64,000 nt of DNA from an uncultured delta proteobacterium (GTDB lineage: Bacteria > Desulfobacterota > WTBG01 > CAIYCZ01 > CAIRTM01): NCBI GenBank assembly GCA_963804955.1, contig CAWDSQ010000026.1:64001-128000 (forward strand), in the 5' to 3' direction. Shown here piece by piece: positions 55,517 to 64,000 of this stretch. Below the pieces are notes generated by a model that was given only the letters and a program-made list of their open reading frames with translations, was not told the origin of the DNA and ran no database searches. A program made the position numbers and the translations under genes. Each line of letters starts with the position of its first letter. The first letter of the stretch is position 1.

Positions 55517-56785
55517 TTACTTCACCGTAATTTCTCCGCAGGCTTCCGCTTCAGGATCGCCGTAGGTAACGGTCACGGTATAGTCGCCCTTCTCAAGCTT
55601 GAACGGACGCACAAAGCCAAAACCGAATATTAACCTCTTGCCGATTTTAATATGGATGAGGTCATTGATGGCTTCCGTACCCCAATCGATAGAGATAGGC
55701 CGATCGAACTCAACATCGCTGTCCCTCTCAGCTATGATCACAAAGGCTGAAAACGGATTTACGAAAGCGAGCAGTTTAAAAATCGTCCCGGGAATGACCC
55801 TCAGGTTCTGTTCGCACTCGGGCGGCGGGGTATCATTATCACTCTTAATCGCCGGATACCAGGCCGATAGAGTTAAACAGCGTTTCTGCTGTAAACTGTG
55901 TGCTGTCATTGTCTTTTGTGAAATTAGCCGGTAAAATTTCAGCAAAAGGTGCTTACGTTATCGAAAGTCAGCGCCTTCAAACACAATGTAGGTGAGCTCG
56001 GCAATACCCAATTCCCCTGCAGTAACATTATCAACCTGTACGATTGTTACAGGTGTTGTACCACGGGTGCCGCTTGCCACGCAGGGAGCTGTTCTACCCT
56101 GGAACGTAACATTGTCTACCAGCGCCTGGGTAATCTCAACTTCCTGTACGCCGTTGGGTCCCGGAACTTTGTAGAATGGATTGTCAACGCATACGCAGTT
56201 GCCCGAGCCGGAGTAATTATCCGGGTCGCACTGTGCATACGGAGCAACATCCTCAAGGCAAAACTGCTGACCGGTTACATTGTCTAAGCACTGGCAGTTT
56301 GCTGCGGAGTCATTGTCGCACAGCGTAAAGGTCTCATTGTCTATGCTTGAATTGTCAAAACAGATATTTGTGGTTATGGTATTGTCATAGGTGAAATCCC
56401 ATGTCCCAACCCAGTCCGCGCATTCGGCTTGATTAGCCGGGGGAGGCGTGCAGGTTGAATGGCAGGTAATACAAGAGGATGATGCCGCCTGATGAGCTAC
56501 CACCAGGTTGCATGCGCCCACATCACCAGTGGGGTGGCATACGATACAGGTAGATGATTTAACATTTTTACCGGGCACTGAACCCGGATGGCATGCACCG
56601 CAACTGCCCGTTACACCGCTGTGTGTTGTGTGACCAGCGCCTGAGCCGCCGGCAAAACCTGGATGGCATGCCAGGCAGCCGCCGTCCGGTGTGGATGTTA
56701 CATTGTCATAAGCATAACCCTGCTGCGTCCCGGCAAAAAGCAGTGCCGCGAATAGCAGAACCCCTGTGAGTACTAGCTTTTTCAT
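55517..56785 (-). CDS. secreted tetraheme c-type cytochrome fused to a Cys-rich region and the shared C-terminal domain (frameshifts 55850-55965)
   Basis: SD ggagaagg; signal peptide; CLACH, CGACH, CIVCH, CITCH; continues across indels into the 55517 ORF. Confidence 0.78.
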
Positions 56786-57452
56786 ACCTTCTCCTCCAAA
56801 ATGATTAATAAAAAAACCCAATAAAACAAAAAAAATATATATTTAAGCATCCATTTGAATGCATTATTTGGAATATAGTTAATAAATTTAGCCAGTGTTG
56901 TACGAATTGTCAACTGCTTTTTTTATTATTTTTTTATTCGTTATTATAAGAAATTACTCTCAAAAAGGGTCGACAGCCCTGAAGATTTACACATGCCCGC
57001 TATGCCATTTCGCACTCAGCGGAGAAGCTTTGACTCATCGTACCGTTTTCTCATGCCGGATAAAACAATGCATGCACAAGCGGGGTCAGGATACTGCTTT
57101 TGCAGCAACCCTGAATCAACCGGCTAATTTTATCCGGGTCAACTCATCCGAGCAGCATTTCTGCTTTTTTACTATCAGTAACACTTTTAGGCTTATAAGG
57201 TTTCGAAATTTTTTTGCAGTTTTGATGCTGCCGTACGCAGATGCAAACAAAAAATGCATTTGGTTTTCTTAAACCAGCAGACAACTCTGCACTTCATCGG
57301 CTGTATTAGAAAAATCTTGAGCAGATTTTGTAAAAAATAACCAGATGGCTAATCGTAGTGGGCGCCCGCAACCTTCACAGCCTGTTATTGCTCGTGCCTG
57401 TCATACTAAAAAAAAGAAGCGCACAGTCATAATCCGCGCGCTTCTTGATTTT

Positions 57453-57529
<77 letters not shown>

Positions 57530-57612
57530 TCATTTGTAAATTATTAAAAGAAGTATATAGAAAAACACCTGCAAGTCAAGCCTTTTAAATCACCGGCATC
57601 TCTTTTGCCGCT

Positions 57613-58041
57613 TTATTGCCGCTGCACTTCGTCAACACCCAGCACCAGCCGCACTTTTTCAACCACGTCCGGCGGCACGGGCTGAATCTTCACATCGCGG
57701 TTTACAAAGGCCAGCACGGTATAACCGCGGGCAAGAAGAACGCGGGGCTCTTTTCTGTAGATAGCATGCTCTATCCGTATACTTGCCTTTTTCAAAGCGC
57801 CTATGACGGTCTCTATAAGCAGTGCATCATCATAGCGAACCGATTTAATATAATTGCAGTGAGCTTCCGTAACAGGCGTATAGATGCCCCTGTCGGAGAT
57901 ATCGCGGTAGGCAAGGCCAAGGGATCTGAAAAGCTCGGTTCTGCCCCGCTCGAACAGAGTCAGATAATTTGCGTAATACATGACGTCAAAAGGATCACAG
58001 TCGGCATAGATGACCCGGTACTCAGTAACAAAAGGCTTCAT
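57613..58041 (-). CDS. YbgC/FadM-family acyl-CoA thioesterase
   Basis: RVIYADCD...VMYYANYL..FERGRTE, RYDD. Confidence 0.9.
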   Translation of the reverse strand: MKPFVTEYRVIYADCDPFDVMYYANYLTLFERGRTELFRSLGLAYRDISDRGIYTPVTEAHCNYIKSVRYDDALLIETVIGALKKASIRIEHAIYRKEPRVLLARGYTVLAFVNRDVKIQPVPPDVVEKVRLVLGVDEVQRQ

Positions 58042-59256
58042 TAAGCAACACCCCTGATAAACTGGTTCATAAGCCGTGCGCCTTCATCAACCACAACCCC
58101 TGCCGCCCGGGCATCTTTCTCGCAATAGCCCCGCTGCCGGGAGGTTTCAGTGCCGCGGTTTGCCGAATCATACAGGATAAACGGAACCGGGTCCGATGCA
58201 TGGGTTTTTGTGCACAGGGGAGTCGGATGGTCGGGCAGTATCAAAACCTTAAAATCCCTGTACAGCTTCTCAAGACCCTCGATCATGGGCCGGACAATTC
58301 GGCTGTCGAAGTCCTCAATGGCCTGCAGCTTTTCACTGAAGCTGCCCTTGTGCGAGGCTTCATCAGGCGCCTCCACATGCACATAGACAAAATCGCCCGA
58401 TTCCAGGGCCTGCAGAGCAGCCGTAACCTTGCCCTCGTAATTGGTGTCGAGATAGCCCGTGGCGCCGGGCACATCTATGGATGCGAGGCCGGCGCAGATG
58501 CCAAGACCCTTGACAAGGTCAACCGCCGAAATGACGCTGCCGGAAATACCGTGCAGGTCGACAAAATGAGGAATCTTCAGAGCCCTGCCCTGCCCCCACA
58601 GCCAGATTGAGCTCACGGGCTTGTCTCCACGCGCTGCTCTGTGTTTATTGATGTCCAAACCGGGAAGAACTGACCGGCTCTGCGTCCATGAGCTGCCTCA
58701 CCCGCTCGGCGCCCTCACCGCGGGGCAGATAGTCGTCAATTCTTCTGCCTGATATATCATGGGGCGGCGTGGTCTTAAGCTTGTCCGTGCCGTTTTTCCA
58801 GACCATCAGATGACGGTAGCTCACGCCGGGATAAAAAGTTATATCGGGGCTGTCGAGAGTCTTTTTAAGACCTGCTATGATTTCGGCGGCTTCGGCAGTT
58901 GCTATATGCCCGGCGCTGTAGTCATCCATAAAGAGCCCGCCGTCTTGCTCGGCAAGGGTGACAAGATTGCAGCGGAAAGCGATATCCGTGTCGGCAAGCG
59001 CAACGCCGATGCTTGCTGCCTCGATGGAAGCGCGGCCCGAATAATACTTCCGCGGATCATAGCCCATGGCTGCAAGATTTGCCACATCGCTGCCGGGCTC
59101 CATGCCCTCGGGAATGGTGTGCACAAGCCCTAAAATGCCCTTCTGCGCAAGCATGTCCATGCAGGGTGTTGCGGCAAGCTCAAGCGGGGTTTTGCCGCCT
59201 TTTTCTTCAATGGGATAGTCAGCCATGCCGTCGCCGATAAGAACCACGTATTTCAT
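58041..59256 (-). CDS. apgM: cofactor-independent phosphoglycerate mutase (frameshift ~58670)
   Basis: GDGMAD, PGSDVAN, FRCNLVT, YRHL, HVEAPDEASH, PDHPTP. Confidence 0.9.
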
Positions 59257-59315
59257 AGGCACCTCTTAGTATATATAAAACGATGCAGCATACTACTTGA
59301 AGCCGTGCCCTTTTG

Positions 59316-60273
59316 TCAACACTGCGACAGAAGTTTGAGCGCAGCCAGCGCCACCGCTTCCGGCTCCGGCCAGAGCCACTGCCCCGCGGCTTCAAGGCGC
59401 CGCACAGTGATGACCGATGTTCCACGCGGCCCCCAGACAGCAGGATCGGTAGGGCCGAAAACGGCAACCGTCGGTATGCCCAGAGCTGCAGCCATATGCG
59501 TGATGCCGGAATCATTACCGATAAAAAAAGCACACCGCTGACAGAAGCGCGGCAACAAGAGGCAGATCAAGATTTGTCAGTAGTGCGTGGGGCAGACCGG
59601 CAAGGCCTGCCTGCAGCTCAACAGATGCTTTCTTATCGGCCGGCCCTTGAACTATTAAAAACCCCGCATGTATTTCTTCATGCAGCCGGTGCATGACAGA
59701 CACAAATGACTCGGGAGGCCAGCACTTATGCCGCCCTCCGCTGCCGGCATGCACCGCTATAAGCCGCCCCGGCTCTGGATCAAAAGCATTGGCCCGCAGA
59801 AATGCGCCTGCCCGGCTGCGCTCGGCAGGGCTTACCTGCAGCAGCGGCAGGCAACCGGCAGGCGTAAGGCCCAGGGCGGCCAGCTGTGCCAGCTGATAAT
59901 CGACCACATGCTGTGAACTATCTGGAAATGTTCTTATGTGAACTGCGGAGGGATGGCAGCGCTGCACATTTTCAAGAAAAGCGCTTTGCTCCTGCGCGCT
60001 GAAAATAAAAATCCGCTCAAACCGGCGCAGATACTGCCGCATCTGCGCTGATACATCTGCGAAATCTCCATACAGCGTGCTTGCAGGCGCCCAGTCGACA
60101 GAGCGGATGGTATCGGCAAAATTGCTGCCGGCCAGGGAAAGTATGGCCGGATAGCCGAGCATTTCGATAGCCAGTTCCGGAGCTGAGTTCTTAATCGTTT
60201 GCAGCGCCGGCAGGGAAAGGACAAAATCGCCTATAGCGCCCTGGTGGATGACAAGTATCTTTGCTGAAATCAT
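59316..60273 (-). CDS. glycosyltransferase family 9 (LPS heptosyltransferase-like; frameshift ~59540)
   Basis: GAIGDFVL, HAGSGG..KCWP, GNDSGITH.AAA, FGPTDP..WGP. Confidence 0.9.
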
Positions 60274-60288
60274 GGCAGGCCGCTCAGC

Positions 60289-61840
60289 TTACCGTAGTGC
60301 TGGCGATGAAGCCTGCGCACTGCCGCGCGTTCGGCCCAGCATGGCATCAGCCGTCTTGTAGGCGAGGCAATAGATGATAAAGGCGCAGTTTGCCAGAAGC
60401 GGCGCGGGGAACAGGCTGCCGTCGGTGATCCAGAGATTATCAAGATCCCAGCACTTGCCGTTAAGATCGGTAACCGAGTTTGCGTGGTCGTTGCCCATGC
60501 GGCAGGTGCCCACCTTGTGCACCACGTCGATGCCGCCGGCATACATCTGCGCGGGATCAGCACCGGCATTGAGCATGATCGAGCGGGCATGAGCATACAG
60601 CCGCTGCAAGCCAGGCGCTCTCCTGCTGATTGGGCTCAAACGTCACCTTCGGAAGAGACAGGCCGTACTGGTTTTTGCGGGATACATGGGGCAGCACGCT
60701 GTTATCGGTAAACCCCTCATCAAAGCTTCGCACCAGGGGCGCTGAAATGACCAGGCGGCTGTACTGCCGCATAAGGCGCTTGAACGGCAGGCCGATGAGA
60801 TTGACAAGATCTGCCGTTTCCATAACCTCGACCATGGCGCCCATATAGGTTGGAGGCGCCACCATGTTGAACTCGAGCATATAGCCTTTGTCATAGTTGG
60901 CGTACTGGTCATTGAGCTCGACGAGATTCCCCTGATAGGTGCGCACATCATCGCGCTTGAGAATCGAGTAGGTTGCGCGCATGAAATGGCCCCGCAGATT
61001 TTTGCCAACCTGGCCCGAGCTGTTGGCAAGAACCCTGCCGCGCCTGCCCGACCAGTTGAGCAGCATGGGCGTCATCATGGAGCCGGCTGCCAGAACGAAC
61101 CGGTCGGCATGAAGCGTATGCTGCGTTACACGCTCTGTCAAACGGCCGGTTTTGACCCGCTTCAGATACGTGACGCTTTCTATTTGTGAGCCGCTGCAAT
61201 TGGTGTTCAGGCGCACGGCAAGGCAGTTGTCGCGCACCGTGGCGCCAAACCAGCGCGCTTTCGGGAGTGTTATGGTCAGGGCATTTGACTTGGCATTGTA
61301 CCGGCACCCGAGTATGCAGCACCTGCACTTGCGGCACCGGTCATGGTACACGCCGTATTCGAAATAGGGCTCCCGGTTATAGCCTGCCTGAATGGGCCCG
61401 AGCATGCCGCCGGAGGCCTCATGCATGAGCTTTGCATAATGGCTCAGCTCCTCCAGGGGCCAGCGCGACACATGGTAGCGCTGCTTGGCAAGGTCTATAT
61501 AGGGCAGCAGCTGCTCATAGGTTATGGGCCACAGGCCGTAGTCGCGCGGAGTCGATTCTTCCAGCACGCCGGCATAAATGGTGGTGCCGCCGCCCGCGCA
61601 CTCACCCATGTCGGTGCGCCAGTTGCGGCCTTCATACTGCTCATGCCAGAAAAGGCCGTCGTCGATGGTGCGCAGAAAGCTCTGCGTTGCCGCAAAATGG
61701 CTGTCCGATCCATACGTGATGTCGAGGTCCTTACCCGCTTCAAGAAAAACGACCTTTGCACCCGCCTCGGCAAGCTCAGCGCCCACGGTAGCGCCTCCGG
61801 CGCCGGCCCCGATTATGGCTACATCTGCATGATCGCTCAC
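60289..61840 (-). CDS. GMC-family FAD oxidoreductase (frameshift ~60595)
   Basis: IIGAGAGG, GGGTT, C..C..C..GC cluster, ANSSGQVGKNL..H, HKVGTCRMG, DGSLFP. Confidence 0.9.
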
Positions 61841-62446
61841 GTGCGAACCCCTTTCTTCAGGCGCACGGGAAAAACATAAGAATCGACATACCCCTCATTG
61901 GGCAGGCGGAATGTGCCTGCAGGATCATCCGGGTCATACCAGCCCATGGAGGTAAAAAGCGCTGTCTGCTCAGCAGGCGCATTATTTTCAAATGTGCCGA
62001 TCATGGAAAGCGACAGCATGGCCGTCAGCAGATCCCGCAGCAGGGGCTTCTGCTGTTCACGCTCGCCCACCCACTGTTTTATGGCATCAAGCTGCTGCGC
62101 AGCCGTACAGGCTGTAAACTTTTTACCGGCAACTGTACGGGCATACCGGTTGAGCAGCATGGTCAAAAAAGCCTGCCCGGCAAAGCCGAGCGTATGCGGC
62201 GAGAACTTTGTCCGCCCCGTAATCCGAGCCCTTGAAATCGCCTTCGATCTCAGGGTCGGCGGGCACGAGCACGTCCACAGCCGCCGTCACCGCGGGCCAT
62301 GGCCGCACCGTACCTTTTGCAGATGCCGGCGCAGCGCCTGCAAACATGTTGCACGACAGCTTCAGCTCTCGGCCCGATGCCGAATCCGCAACCAGGGCGG
62401 AAAAAAAAGCAGCCGTTGAATAGGTTATAAAATCTCGACGGTTCAT
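61837..62446 (-). CDS. Tat-exported small subunit (gluconate-2-dehydrogenase gamma-like; frameshift ~62190)
   Basis: MNRRDF twin-arginine signal; DVLVPAD; 4-nt overlaps with both neighbours. Confidence 0.7.
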
Positions 62447-63236
62447 TTTGTTGCTCCTGTTGAATCGACGACACCGTTGAGATGATCGCCCAGAGGCAGT
62501 ATGCTGCGATCAGATGCAACCGTGCCCGGATGGCAGCTTGAGCAGTCTGCCGCCGTATTATTATCCGGGTCGGCAAGGCTGTGGCAGGCGCCGCACCGGG
62601 ATGCTGTCCCGCTTGTGTCTGTCCAGACAGGTTCTTTATTGTCGCCGCCTTTGAGCGTTGCCCCGTGGCAATAAACATTTTTGCAGGTCGTTCCGTTCCA
62701 GACCGGCTGAGCGCCGCCTGCTTTTGCAAGACCGGAAAATACAACCTCGGCCCTGCCGTCGCCGTCGATATGACCTTCGGCCCAGTTCGACAGCGGCACC
62801 ACGTGACAATTTGAACAAGCCACCTGGTGCACCGGTGTTGCGGCCATGCGCATGGCCTTATGGCTGCCGACGCCATCGAGCCCCTGCCCGCACTCGCCCT
62901 TTAAGATTCTGCGGAGGCGACGCACCCTGATTCCAGCCATGGCAGGAAGAGCAGCCGACTGCATAGTCAACAGTTCCGTTATTATGCAGATTTGTTTGCA
63001 GAAAAGTAAAACTGCTGTCGATTACCTGGCCGTGGCAGCGATAGCAGCGCGTGTTGAAGGGATGTTTGCCGTTGACGGGCGGAGCGCCGTGGCAGTCGTG
63101 TGCAGCCTGCAGGAACCGGCACAACAGGATAGCCGCAGTCATCAGCGGCTCCGCTTGCGGCATGCGAGGAGCCGCTGAGAAGCATGAGCATGCTGAGGAT
63201 TCCTGGAAGTATCTTGCACATCATCATATAAACCAT
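62443..63236 (-). CDS. multiheme cytochrome c with CxxxxCH/CxxCH motifs (~7 hemes; frameshifts)
   Basis: Signal peptide; (C)xDCH, CYRCH, CSSCH, CSNCH, CKNVYCH, CGACH, CSSCH across three frames. Confidence 0.85.
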
Positions 63237-63382
63237 ACTAACACCTGTTTATTTAAAAAGCACCAAATAGCCAATGGCGGATCAAACGTTTTCACCGGCG
63301 CGACAAAAGAAAGCATTTGATAAACACCTGTTTTTACAGTTATAAATAATAAGATTATATATAAAATAATCCAAGGGCATAG

Positions 63383-64000
63383 ATGGAAGAATTATTGACA
63401 CAGCTAAACACCTATCTGCAGGGAGCACCGCTTCTGGCTCTGCCGGCTGCGTTTCTCGCAGGCGTGCTCACCAGCTTCACGCCCTGCGTCTATCCGCTCA
63501 TCCCGATCACCGTCGGCATCATCGGCGCCAAAAGCAGCCAGACGCGCAAGCGCGGGTTTCTGCTCTCCCTTACCTATGTGCTTGGCCTGTCGCTGATCTA
63601 TGCTGTTCTCGGGGCCTTTGCCGCCCTTTCCGGCAAGCTGTTCGGCCAGATCAGCACGAATATGTGGACGTACCTGATCGTAGGCAACCTGTTTATCCTG
63701 TTCGGACTGTCCATGTTTGACGTATTTTCCCTTGAGCTTACGTTTTTGCAAAAATGGAGCCCATCGGCAAAGGGAACGGGCCTGCTCACGGCATTCATCT
63801 TCGGCGGCGTTTCAGCCCTGATCGCCGGGCCCTGCACCACGCCGGTGCTCGGCACGCTGCTGGCATTCGTTGCCTCCCGTCAGAACGTACTGCTGGGGTT
63901 CACCATGCTCTTTTTGTTTGCCTTCGGCATGGGGTTTCTGCTAATTATTGTCGGCACATTTACGGGCCTGCTCTCAACCCTCCCCCGGTCGGGCGCATGG
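63383..64000 (+). CDS. CcdA/DsbD transmembrane thiol-disulfide protein (runs off the window)
   Basis: AGVLTSFTPCVYPLIP, AGPCTTPVL, LPRSGAW read directly from the sequence. Confidence 0.9.
   Translation, partial: MEELLTQLNTYLQGAPLLALPAAFLAGVLTSFTPCVYPLIPITVGIIGAKSSQTRKRGFLLSLTYVLGLSLIYAVLGAFAALSGKLFGQISTNMWTYLIVGNLFILFGLSMFDVFSLELTFLQKWSPSAKGTGLLTAFIFGGVSALIAGPCTTPVLGTLLAFVASRQNVLLGFTMLFLFAFGMGFLLIIVGTFTGLLSTLPRSGAW

Noticed and set aside
57012..57025. gcactcagcggaga matching the reverse complement of 2296-2309 at 13/14
   Set aside because: Flanks do not extend collinearly; not distinguishable from chance.

Overview
Chromosomal window (moderately GC-rich genes, AT-rich spacers) from a Gram-negative bacterium whose gene content looks deltaproteobacterial (Desulfobacterota-like). 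The taxonomy is inferred from gene content only. Core genes include a near-complete dcw cluster (mraZ to ftsZ, no murB), tkt, ffh, fabD, rlmKL, xth, ispH, apgM and an initiator tRNA-Met. More than 20 genes, several essential, are split by single-base indels, often in homopolymers. These are most likely long-read errors rather than pseudogenes. The accessory content is a set of Cys-rich secreted proteins (two DUF1566 proteins, a TSP3-like protein, a tetraheme cytochrome), a multiheme cytochrome/Tat subunit/GMC flavoprotein operon, a 5'-truncated IS110 (IS1111-type) remnant and many nested palindromic repeats. Three unexplained signals stand out. (1) Three unrelated secreted proteins end in the same ~95-aa Cys-bracketed C-terminal domain, a candidate sorting or anchoring domain. 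(2) Exported proteins are strongly enriched in D-N-x-S/T sequons, suggesting N-glycosylation with a preferred Asp at -1. (3) A homologous ~200-nt promoter-plus-leader ending in a terminator-like hairpin precedes two of the secreted-protein genes 27 kb apart. Together these may mark an undescribed cell-surface glycoprotein export and regulation system. This is an inference from by-eye alignments, with no database searches run.
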